Positions 1 to 11,302 of a stretch of 47,544 nt of DNA are shown here, in pieces. The DNA is taken from the NCBI RefSeq assembly GCF_006345805.1, contig NW_021834654.1, forward strand, positions 1 through 47,544. Direction: 5' to 3'. Every line of letters starts with the position of its first letter. Position 1 is the first letter of the stretch. A model generated the notes under the pieces. It saw only the letters and a list, made by a program, of their open reading frames with translations. It was not told where the DNA came from and ran no database searches. The position numbers were made by a program, and so were the translations under genes. The stretch comes from Octopus sinensis (lineage: Eukaryota).

Positions 1-204
1 TTTTTCTCTTTTTCGCTCTGCCTCTCTCTTATGCATCTCTATATAGAAATCACTCTAGCTGTCTTTAGTAATACATGATATCGATCCGTCACACATTAAC
101 TGACTATTTACTCACACTCCATACCCAACCGACCATGCCCTACCTATCGACCAGTGTGTAACAATCAAGCTCGCTACAAAACCATGCACTCTACATTCAA
201 TTAC

Positions 205-424
205 CAACGAACGTACGTACGTACATACACACGTACATACATACATGATTGCATGCATGGATACATACATACGTGCATATACACACACACACACGCATAC
301 ACACGCACACACACAGGCACACACAGGCACTCACACGCACGCACACACACACACATACACACACGGAGATATGCCTTTATGTTTTTCTTTCTTTCTCATT
401 CTCTGTGTAAGATTGGTTTATAAC

Positions 425-509
<85 letters not shown>

Positions 510-526
510 GTCTGTCTGTCTATCTA

Positions 527-575
<49 letters not shown>

Positions 576-861
576 CCGTCCATCCATCCATCCAGCCAGC
601 CATGTATGTATGTATGTATGTATGTATGTATGTATGTATGTACTGATGTACGTACGTACGTACTACGTATGTATGTATGTATGTATGTATGTATGTATGT
701 ATGTATGTATGTATCTATCTATCTATATATTTCTCCCTCTTTCTCTCGATATTTTCTCTCTGTGACACATACTATGCTGACATTCTTTCCTGATACATAA
801 AAACACACACGCGTATTCGCATACACATACGAATTCACATACACGCACACTCTCTCATGCA

Positions 862-894
<33 letters not shown>

Positions 895-1558
895 CACTCT
901 CTCTCTCTCTCTCTCTCTTATACACACATACGCATACACACACAGACACGCACACACTTCGTACAAAAACGCTTCGCTCCTACATCATCCACACTCACTT
1001 CCACATACGCATTCATGACGCACAGAAATCACAGCCAGATGTGCACAAACAAAACATACACGCATACCTCTCTCTACGCAAGCACGCAAATATCCCTACT
1101 CAGCCCGCTGTAAATAGATGTCTCTTTCCACGAACTCACATTTCCCGCTGTTTCATTTATTCTACTTTCACTTTCTCTTCAATACACTTGATATCCGCAT
1201 TCTCCCTCTTTTCTCTTCCAGCATTCTCCGCCTCCATCTATTTCCCTCATGTATACATTACATTACATATATACATACCTGTATATATACATACATACAT
1301 ACATATATGCATGTATACATATATGCGTGCATCTATGCATGCATACATATATACATACATATATATATATATATATGTATATAAATATGTACACAGATAT
1401 TTATACACACACACACATATAGATGCATAGGCGCACATACACAGATGCACAAATATCTATCTATCTATCTATCTCTCTCTCTATATGTATTATATATATA
1501 TATATAATACATATATACATATATATATACATATATACATATATATATATAGATATAT

Positions 1559-1629
<71 letters not shown>

Positions 1630-1630
1630 A
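205..1630. repeat. Compound microsatellite block: (TACG/CATA)n, (CA)n, (TATC)n-(TCTG)n, (TATG)n, (CT)n, (TA)n
   Basis: Directly visible tandem tracts, e.g. TATC at 425-510, TCTG at 510-570, TATG at 602-710, TA at 1490-1625. Confidence 0.95.
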
Positions 1631-1854
1631 TACTCATATACTCACACACAGGTTATGTCTGTGTGTCCCACCGAAGCGAAGCGAAAAGTTCTATAATGCG
1701 CAACCGCACAGGTAGAGGCAAATAAAAAGACAAATAACGATTGCACAAAATATGCCTCATCATGTTATTTTAATCATAAGGAGTGAGATTGGAGTGGGTG
1801 GGTGGGATAAAAATGAGGTAGGGGCATGATGGGAGGGAGATATTGTAAGAAAGT

Positions 1855-1910
<56 letters not shown>

Positions 1911-2616
1911 TCCTGTAGTTTACTACCGACTTTCTTGCCCTGGTCGATGGTAAATAGGAGAATAATAATAATAAAAAATACGAAGCTATCACATGCACGA
2001 AAAAAAAACTGACATAAAAAAACAACTGATAACTTAAGAGATGCGTACATTTAAACTTACATACATGCATGCCTGCGTACATACATAAATGCACACGTGG
2101 ATACATGCATATGCTTGCATGCATGTATGTGTTCTGTAAAAGAAAATGCATACGTACACAAATACCTACGGACATGTATGCAGACATACATGCATAAATA
2201 TGCATATACATAGATGCACAAATATGTTCATATATACGTACATGCATACATACATATACATTCATCTACGAATATATTTCATATGTACATATACCCATAC
2301 ATGCACACACACACACGTATATACATACATACATAAATACATACATACATACATACATACATACATACATACATACATACATACATACATACATACATAC
2401 ATACATACGTGCACACATATACATACATTTAGATATTTTAATTAATAAAAATATTCAGCACATGTTATATTTTAAATAGCTATGAGAACACCGCGCAATA
2501 GAGAAGAAGCGGTAAAATGGTAACGGACCGAGTCCCCGACCCAGTTTCATAGGCTGTTAGCCTAAGATATTCCAAATGCAAGATACCAAAGTCTGCTGAT
2601 GGCTATGAGATTCTCG

Positions 2617-2643
2617 ATACACACAGACACACAGACACACACA

Positions 2644-2718
<75 letters not shown>
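2617..2718. repeat. (CA)n microsatellite
   Basis: Direct observation. Confidence 0.95.
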
Positions 2719-2721
<3 letters not shown>

Positions 2722-2735
2722 AGTAACAGTAATAA

Positions 2736-3560
2736 TAGTTCAGGACTGAAAGCAGAGATGGAAGGTTTCATATTGGCGGCACAAAATCAAAGTTTGCTTG
2801 CAAAAAAACTAGGCTAACGTTCTTCAAAGCGGTTCTGACCCAAAATGCAGTTTCTGCGACACATTTAACGAAGCAATAGACCATCTCGTCTCGGGATGTC
2901 CTGTTCTGACACCAAACGAATGCAAAAATCGTTACGATAGGGTAGGACAGTATTTACATTGGAAAATATGTAAGAACTACAAAATTTACACTCCTGCTTC
3001 CCGGTATGAACATCATCCTGAGCCAGTCGTTAAAGGTAAAAATGTTACTATCCTCTGGGAACATCGACAGAACGATCCAGATTAATCGAGCAAAAGACAA
3101 TGAAGAAAATACTTGTAGACTAATAAATGTAAGTGTTCTGACCGATAAAAAATATATCTGTAAAAGAATTTGACAAATTAAGTAAATATAAGGACCTGGA
3201 AATTGATATACAAAATATGTGGCATCTTAAAGCGAGAACTGTTTCTGTTATTGTGGGTGCCCTTGCTATGATAAGAAAAAGATATCAAAAACATCTAGAT
3301 AATATCCCAGGAGAACCATGTCTCAGAGAAATCCAAAAGATTGTGCTGGCATGTACTGCCCACATCCTTAGAAAAACCCAATCAGTTTAAACGTCTGAGT
3401 TGGTATTTCACTACTGCCTTTGCCACTTCCTCTTCCCAAGCTTTCAGTAATACTGTAATAATTTCTTATCTTTCACTCGCCCAAGGACACTGGGTGTGAC
3501 TCGGCAAGTGATTGTAACAAACATGCAGATTAAAAGTTAAATAATAATAAATAATAATAA
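2736..3560 (+). mobile_element. Decayed, 5'-truncated RLE-type non-LTR retrotransposon (R4/Dong-like): end of RT region, CCHC zinc knuckle, restriction-like endonuclease, 3'UTR and (TAA)n tail
   Basis: Manual translation across frameshifts: SSGLKAEMEGFILAAQNQSL, then CSFCDTFNEAIDHLVSGCP (C-X2-C-X8-H-X4-C), RYDRVGQYLHWKICK, VTILW, then LINVSVLTDKNISVKEFDKLSKYKDLEIDIQNMW...VIVGALAMI...EIQKIVLACTAHILRK, stop at 3388-3390. The 3'UTR ends in TAA repeats at ~3538-3560. Homology may extend to ~2575, upstream of the CA tract. Confidence 0.85.
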
Positions 3561-3636
3561 TAGTATATATATATTATATGTATATACATACATACATACA
3601 TACATACATACATACATACATACATACATACATACA

Positions 3637-3664
<28 letters not shown>

Positions 3665-3668
<4 letters not shown>

Positions 3669-4075
3669 GTTTATCCAAACATGAAAACACAACAACGCGA
3701 GGACGTGGAACAAGTATAGTGTTATTGGACGCTCAGGAAAGGAAAGAAAGGAGGAGAACTTAACGTTTCGAGCGGAGCTCTTCGTCAGAAACACAGAAAA
3801 TGTAAGGTCCAAGGAAGGGAAGACAGAGAAAGAAAATCGCCAACGATACACACGCGGTCACATACATATATACATACATACATGCATATAATATATTTAT
3901 ATATATATTAGTAAAAACGGTAAGATAACAAAAGAAAGAAAGAGACCTCAATATTATGTAAATAGAAGACATTTATCTGTAAAATAATATATGACAATTA
4001 TTCAATAGCCAAGATAAAACTCCGAGTTTCGGATGCCGAGGTAGAAATCCAGAACACCATCTCTTAGGGCTTAAA
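3665..4075 (-). mobile_element. Penelope-like element terminal (pLTR-like) fragment, family 1
   Basis: Contains the PLE-typical CTGACGAAG-stem-CGAAACGT motif on the minus strand (3762-3788). The extent is approximate and there is no ORF. Confidence 0.5.
3757..3793 (-). ncRNA. Degenerate minimal hammerhead-ribozyme-like motif
   Basis: Minus strand reads CUGACGA-A-GAGC-UCC-GCUC-GAAA-CGUU. Core and stem II are intact, the ACGU stem III is palindromic and stem I is weak. Confidence 0.5.
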
Positions 4076-4881
4076 GTAATTGGCACCTGTTTATACAAAA
4101 TATACATATTAGAACAAATATATACATTCTGTTATCTTCCCAGGACATGACTCACGTTTCTAGTGGTCACAAGACTCGTACGACACCGCCTTCAGCGGTT
4201 AACTGGAGAAAGTCTCTGATTCTACATACAATGTCATGCGACATAGTGGAACCGAGTGAAATATCAATAGCTGAGATGTTCATTTAGGAAGCGAACACTC
4301 TACGTGTAAAAGCTGACAGTAAAACGGCTTATCTTTCGAAAAGAATAGCAATAAAAATCCAAAAGGGACATTCTATAAAGATAAAGAAGTGGATGAAATC
4401 TTCATGTAAATTCTGAATGATTCCTCAAAAAGCTTGACCTACCATATAGCAACGAACAGTCACGTCCATCGCATGACTAGTTACGACGAATTCTCACAGA
4501 CAAATTCTGTTTTGAGAAATACTGCCCACTTGGAGATACGGACATGCTTTGGTGGGGTGTATGTTTGTTTCTGGGTGTTCTGTAAAGCGTGAGTAAAAAT
4601 ATAGCCAATCTATTTGGTACTGGTGTCAGCCAAGATGAAAAGCGACAGAATCATGTCAAAGGAAATAGTGAGTACACAAAGCCCAAAAGATTGATAAAAA
4701 TCTGATTCATATCAACCAATGAAACTGCGGTGGGAGGGCTAATGGAAAATCGATTAAGATATTACCAAGAGACGTGATTTCAATGTAAGAATAACAAAGC
4801 ATGACTGTACTGTGAAAGTTTTTCGTCTCTGGTCAGAAGAAAAACATACAAGAAACTGTCAATATTTGTTTTTGCCTAATC

Positions 4882-5152
4882 TAGTGGTTTTCAACCGGGG
4901 CCCACAAAAACCTCGAAGGTCCAGTTAAGATTTTATTGTTAAAATGTATGTTCAATAAATTGGTTATACGTCTACAAAACATCAAATAGCTTAAATATTT
5001 TTATACATTTCCTAATAATATATAATTATAAAAAAATAATAGGGTATTTAATTATAAAAAAATAACAGGATTTTTTAAACATCGAATTGCTATGAAGTTC
5101 CATCCGAGTAAAATAGGAGCCAGAGGTAGGAAAAAATGTTCGAGAAACATTG
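4882..5152. mobile_element. hAT-superfamily MITE
   Basis: Left end TAGTGGTTTTCAACC and right end GTTCGAGAAACATTG (CAGTGGTTCTCAACC-type TIR). 8-bp TSD GCCTAATC (4874-4881) / GTCTAATC (5153-5160). Confidence 0.75.
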
Positions 5153-5490
5153 GTCTAATCAGATCAGGAAACGAATCACCAGAATGTAATCGACGACTGT
5201 ATCTCAAAACCAATGCTTTTTATGGATTATCTTGTCAATGGTGAGACACGTTGTCTCGACGAAATTGCAGTTAAGAATCAATTCAGCGGAACGAACACGT
5301 TTTCAAAGCAACGTAATTCCGCGCAGTATTTCAACAGAGGTTAGTAAGCTGAAGGAATGTAAAAATATATGTCTTGGCGAGACACAAAGATACTGAAAAC
5401 CTCCAAATTGCAGGGTTATGTCTAATTAAGAAAATAGAGCCTTGTTTCTGAAGCTCAGAGTAGAGTTGGATACATTGAAATATATATTTC

Positions 5491-5887
5491 ACAAGCAGTA
5501 TCGCCCAGCGTTGCTCGGGTTTGTAAGGGAAATAACTATATAAACATTTTAAGGGAGTTATAGCCAAAAAATAGCAAAAAATGCATTAAAAATGGAAAAA
5601 AAAACGATGGTAATTTTTGTTTTAAATCGTTGACTCATCGTAGACATTTTTAGAGAGTTACTTCCCTTATATAATAACGAAAAAAATGCATTAAAATGGA
5701 AAAAAATGATGGTAACTTTTTTTTAAAATCGTAGGCTCATCGTAGACGCGCGCTAATACCCAGAAGGGCTCGATATGAATCACGACTATAAGATACCCGG
5801 TTTTGGTTAAACTACACCGCAAAATGTGGGAGTAGTTAGGAATCTAAATCGTAGGAGACAAACACACAACTTCACTTTTATATATAT
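5491..5887 (+). mobile_element. Non-autonomous Helitron/Helentron-like (HINE/Lep1-type) element
   Basis: Starts ACAAGC followed by the hairpin CCCAGCGTTGCTCGGG (5504-5519). Internal ~70-bp direct repeat (5576-5645 / 5680-5747). Ends GACAAACACACAACTTCACTTTTATATATAT. No TIRs. Confidence 0.5.
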
Positions 5888-6178
5888 TTCATTTTCGTGA
5901 GCAGTACAGTGACGTAGCCCCTACTGTTCGAACAGGAGAAACGTAGCCCTGCATTTACCCCAGGCACATGGCTGTGCAGCGAATGGTCTCAATGAAAAAT
6001 AAATTGATAAAGATTCCAAAAATACGTTTGGAATGATCGGAGGTGCTTTCGCACTCGGCAACATTGTGTGGTGAAGCAAGAGAGTTAACAAATAGTTTTG
6101 TTTAAAACACTGTTTCTCAATTATTTTGATTCTTATTTTAGCCATTCGATATTTGAAGCATCACATATCTTTATAATT

Positions 6179-6414
6179 TCCGTAATCCTTCGTTTGTCGC
6201 GAGAGTTACGTTCCAAAACCCTTCACGATAGGTGAAAATCCGCGAAGTAGAAACAGTACTGTACTGTATTTTTTAAAAAATTATTTTTATAATTTGTATG
6301 TATTTTATTATAAATGCAAAACAATACCATGGAGGAATCGACGTAAGCTTAAATAGTAAACCGCGATTGGTAAACCGCGATAGGTGAACCGTGATATGCC
6401 GAGGAATTACTGTA
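6179..6414. mobile_element. pogo/Tigger-like (Tc1/mariner) MITE
   Basis: Left CCGTAATCCTTCG and right CGAGGAATTACTG followed by TA. Repeated subterminal CCGCGAT motifs at 6361-6395. Confidence 0.65.
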
Positions 6415-6499
6415 AATATTAGGAATCGCATTAAAAAATTGTTAAAATATTTTGTGTATCGTAGAAGTATTACCGATTTATTGCAGATAAATTTTAATA

Positions 6500-6570
6500 A
6501 TAAAATCTTGTAGGGACCCTCAAGGGTCATATGGACTCACCCCCACCACACTCCGGTTGAGAACCACTTG
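6500..6570. mobile_element. Right end of a hAT MITE
   Basis: GGTTGAGAACCACT terminus at 6556-6569, same TIR type as the 4882-5152 element. No left end found. Confidence 0.5.
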
Positions 6571-6809
6571 TTTAGAGCATGCTGTGCGAGTTTGAAAACT
6601 AAGCAGGCATCAAATATGGAGGCTTTTTCAGTTAGAGAGCGACTTATCAAACCATCTTATTTGAGTGACGACAAGTTGGAGATCCTTGTTAAATCGAGGC
6701 GATCAGAAAACTCTGATGCAAACTCGATGGCACGCATACGTTTGGTGAATGGGCGATGGTTTTTGTCATTGGATTCCTTGAGGCTAACCAATTGTGGGTG
6801 AAGTCTTAC

Positions 6810-6874
6810 CAGCTTTTGCTGTTGGTGGTGGGCAATTTTCACAGGGCGTTCAAATGAGTCTAAGACGTTTACCC
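6810..6874 (-). CDS. Candidate 65-nt coding exon of unknown gene, (G)VNVLDSFERPVKIAHHQQQKL; the frame stays open to 6657 if the donor is read through
   Basis: Acceptor TTTTGTCCACGCAG and donor CTG/GTAAGA on the minus strand, in non-repetitive sequence. No homology recognised. Confidence 0.25.
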
Positions 6875-7195
6875 CTGCGTGGACAAAAATCCCCCAAGGA
6901 TGATGATTTGAAACTTCTTAATATATTCGAGAGAGAGAGAGAGTAATTAACCAAGGGGGGGGGGGATTCTTCTAGTGGGTAGTTGTCGTCGGGAGAAATT
7001 GTCCACTGGGGGCGGGGTAATTGTCTTGATACGCGTTCAAATATACATAACACACACACATACACAAGAACGCAAGCACACATACACACAAACACTTACA
7101 CACGCATTCACATACACATACAATTGTACACACACACACACATACGCATACACACACAAACACATATGACTTGTCCATATTACTCCACAAGGAGT

Positions 7196-7412
7196 ATATG
7201 GCTAGTTTCCTGGTTTCTCTGGCATAGGTATTGCTGTCTGGGTGGGACGACGGTCCGTCTCAGGATTAGTTATTTTTTTTATCAGCTGAGTGGACTGGAG
7301 CAATGTGAAATGAAGTGTTTTGCTCAAGAATACAACGCATCGCCCGATCCAGGTATCGAAACCACAGTCTTACAATTATGAGTCCAACACCCTAACCACT
7401 AAACCGCGTGCC
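7196..7412 (-). mobile_element. tRNA-derived SINE, family C
   Basis: Minus-strand head with AGTGGTTAGGGTGTTGG A-box and GGTTTCGATACC B-box, the TTGAGCAAAACAC...TTGCTCCAGTCCACTCAGCTG core, and a tail shared with family B. Similar to 35532-35745. Confidence 0.75.
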
Positions 7413-7419
7413 CCCACCT

Positions 7420-8100
7420 CCCCACACTTACACGCGCGCTCACACACACCAACACACACACTCTCATATGCATACATTCTCACTCTCTCACACATACACA
7501 TTCACACACATACAAACACTCCCACACACACACATACACACGCACTCTCACATAAACACACACACATGTACACACGTACAAACACTCACACACACATACA
7601 TACACACACTCACATAAACACACACACATGTACACACGTACAAACACTCACACACACATACACACACACTCACATAAACATACACACATGCACACACACG
7701 TACATATAGTCACACACACACTTACATAAACACACACATATACGCATACATACAAACACTCACACACACACACACATACACATACATACAAACACTCACA
7801 CACACATACACACACTCACATAAACACACACATGCACACACATACAAACACTCACACACATACACACACACTCACATAAACACACATACAAACACTCACA
7901 CGCACATACACACACACTCACACACTCACATATACACACACACATACACACACACACATACACACACACATACAAACACTCACATACACACACACTCACA
8001 TAAACACACACGCATGCAGACACATACAAACACACACACACACATACTCACATACACACAGACATACGCTCACTCACAAACACGCGCGCGCGCACACACG
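7420..8100. repeat. CA-rich degenerate minisatellite (CACACTCACATAAACACAC-type units)
   Basis: Direct observation. Confidence 0.9.
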
Positions 8101-8369
8101 CACAATTAAAGTGTCGCACCTGTGTGAATTGCAATTAAATGGCGACAAGTTCTCAATGCCGTTGTAGCGAGTTGAATGACATTGTTCATTCAAAGCCGAA
8201 GCTGCGCGATTCGTTGTTCGGGGATTCTCGTTTTCCGCCGGAAGGCGACTGGATATCCATACGTAAATGTTTTATAAGCTTATAAATCAGGTGGGTTTTT
8301 TCTGGATCAGGTGGGTAGCATCTCTTGGTTACCTGTGGGCGAGTTGCTAAGAGAGGAGGCGAGACGGAA

Positions 8370-8685
8370 AAAAGAGAGAGAGAGAGAGAGAGAGATAGAA
8401 AGAGGGAGAGAAAGAGAGAGGGGAGAAAGAGGGAGGGGAAAAGAGAAAGAGAAAGAGAGAGGGGAGAAAGAGGGAGAGAAAAAGAGAAAGAGAGAGAGAA
8501 AGAGGGAAAGAAAGTCAGAGAGAGAAAGAGAGAGAGGGAGAAAGAGGGAGAGGAAAAGAGAAAGAGAAAGAGAAATAGGGAAAGAAAGTCAGTGAGAGAA
8601 AGAGAGAGAGAGGGAGAAAGAGGGAGAGGAAAGAGAAAGAGAGAGAGGGAGAAAGAGGAAGAGAGAGAGAAAGAGAGAGAAAGAG

Positions 8686-8718
<33 letters not shown>

Positions 8719-8880
8719 GAGCAAAAGCAAAAGTGAGAGAGAAGGACGGGGTGAGACAGAGAGGATAAGAAATGTAATGAAAGAAGAAAGAAAAAAGGGA
8801 AGAAAAAAGAAGAAAAGGTTGAAGGAAGATAAGGAAAAGAAGATGAAGATAAGGAAAGAAGAAGAGGGTAATGAGATGCT
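8370..8880. repeat. AG-rich low-complexity tract with internal duplications (GAAAGAAAGTCAG twice)
   Basis: Direct observation. Confidence 0.9.
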
Positions 8881-9116
8881 GAAGATTCTGACTTAAAGAA
8901 CCTGACAAAGACGAAGGTCTGTAAGAGGATGTGAATTGTGTCCGCTGAGGTATGAAGAATTTCGATTAAAAATGAAATAGCATTAGTCTTCGAACCAATA
9001 CGTCTCTTGTTTATTGGCTTCAAGGATAATATTTCGAAGCATCCCACGCACATACATACACACATACATACATGCATACATACATATATGCATACATACA
9101 TACATACATACATACA

Positions 9117-9150
<34 letters not shown>

Positions 9151-9259
9151 CATACAAACATGCATACATACATATATACAAACGTATATTTATATGTGTG
9201 TGTAGACGTGTATGAAATATATATTTATATATGAAAATAAAAATATAAATATAAATTGT

Positions 9260-9293
<34 letters not shown>

Positions 9294-9492
9294 ATATATC
9301 TTTCTCTCTTTATTATACATATACACACGCATATATGTATACACACGCCTGTCTTCACATTATATATCTCCCACATATATGAATATATGAATACACAACA
9401 CACACACATATGTATATATGTATATATACATATATATATGTGAGAAAGTTGGTGTATGTATGTATATATATATATATGTGAGAAAGTTGGTG

Positions 9493-9537
<45 letters not shown>

Positions 9538-9643
9538 TAATTAATCAATATAGGGTGCCAAAAAAAAATTTTGTAGAATTTTTTTGCCACCAGCGGCCTA
9601 GTGGGAAAAAATTAAATAGTCATAGACCATTTTTAAGTTCAAC

Positions 9644-9844
9644 ATCAACAATCAAGGAACGGCCATAATAGGCCATTCACCACTAGAAATAACAGCCAAA
9701 GCTTCAAAACCGCAAATAAAAGTCAATTCCGTAAACAGGAGAAAATTTAAAAAACATTTACCCTGACTTTTATTTGCGGTTGAAGCTTTGGCTGTTATTT
9801 CTAGTGGGTGAATGGCCTATTATGGCCGTTCCTTGATTGTTGAT
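9644..9844. repeat. Near-perfect ~81-bp inverted repeat with 38-nt spacer, probably part of a Tc1-like MITE
   Basis: 9644-9725 is the reverse complement of 9764-9844, differing only by two single-base indels. A Tc1-like start TATAGGGTGCC lies at ~9553. Confidence 0.85.
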
Positions 9845-10585
9845 ATATATATATATATATATATTTCGTTTTTGGGAACGCAGTGTAAATAACGAACAGA
9901 GTCAAAACTACTGAAAAGGTTGCAAGACGCAACGAAAATTTTAGGAAAATAAAAATAAGAAAAAAGAAAGTCGAAATGTTACCGGTGTGTGTGTGTTTTG
10001 TTATAAGGCACAAAAGAAAATTACTCTCTCCAGACCCAACAGTATATATATATATATATACATGTATATATATTCACGCATACCTATTTATTATAAATTG
10101 CATATTTCATCCTCATACATATAAACATATCTGCATACATGCATATACTGGTATATATACTCATATACGCACACATCTATACACACTATGTTCACAAATA
10201 AGCATATACACACAAATACAAACGCACTAACATATCTATAAATACACATATTTGCCTAACATATCTACCAGTATATCACACACACATATAAAGATATAAA
10301 TACACACACATACACGCACACATACAACACACATAAACAAACACACATTCAGTAAGTATATAGCAATTCGCCATTCATGAATCAAATACCCGCTCATTCA
10401 GTTCTCGAAATTTTACCATAAATAGCAATCGGCCACGATGGGTGAAATGTCAAGCGATCGCAATACACAATAGAAAGGTAAGCAGATGCATTATGATACA
10501 ACCGAAAAAGATCCTGTCTTACCGTGACAGAGTAAATGCTTCCATAGTACTTCAGAAAAATATATTAAGGCGAAAAATATATCAT

Positions 10586-11003
10586 AGGCGTAGAGTGGCT
10601 GTGGTAAGTAGCTTGCTTACGAATCACATGGTTCCGGGTTCAGTCCCACTGCGTGGCACCTTGGGCAAGTGTCTTCTACTATAGCCACGGGCCGACCAAA
10701 GCCTTGTGAGTGGATTTGGTAGATGGAAACTGAAAGAAGCCCGTCGTATATATATATATATATTATATATATGTGTGTGTGTGTGTGTGGTGTGTTTGTG
10801 TGTCTGTGTTTGTCCCCCCACCAACATCGCTTGACAACTGATGCTGGAGTGTTTACGTCCCCGTAACATAGCGGTTCGGCAAAAGAGACCGACAGAATAA
10901 GTTCTTGGCTTACAAAGAATAAGTCCTGTGGTCGATTTGCTCGACTAATAGCGGTGCTCCAGCATGGCTACAGTCAAATGACTGAAACAAGTAAAAGAAT
11001 AAG
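10586..11003 (+). mobile_element. tRNA-derived SINE, family A, full length with internal (TA)n(TG)n linker
   Basis: tRNA-like head (GGTTCAGTCCC B-box), CCTTGGGCAAGTGTC core-like segment, microsatellite linker at ~10747-10800, tail GGTGCTCCAGCATGGCTACAGTCAAATGACTGAAACAAGTAAAAG. About 10 homologues in the window. Confidence 0.9.
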
Positions 11004-11019
11004 TATACCTGAAGTGTTT

Positions 11020-11290
11020 TGGACGGCCCATGGCCAAGTGGTTAGAGCAGCTGACTCGCGGTCGAGAGACCGTGGGTTCGAATCTCAGACCGGGCGATAT
11101 GTGTGTTTATGAGCGAAACACCTAATCTCCACGCGGCTCCAGCAGAAGGTAATGGCGAACTTCTGCTGACTCTTTCGTCACAACTTTCACTTTTTCTCTT
11201 GCAGCATTCCGTCCAGGTGGGGAACCTATACGCCATTGAAACCGGGAAACCGGCCCTTATGAGCCAGGCACGGCTCGAGAAGAAACAAAC
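11020..11290 (+). mobile_element. tRNA(Arg-like)-derived SINE, family B
   Basis: A-box TGGCCAAGTGG and B-box GGTTCGAATC. 15-bp TSD ATAC(C/A)TGAAGTGTTT at 11005-11019 / 11291-11305. Homologous to 42326-42631 and 29909-30095. Confidence 0.9.
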
Positions 11291-11302
11291 ATACATGAAG
11301 TG

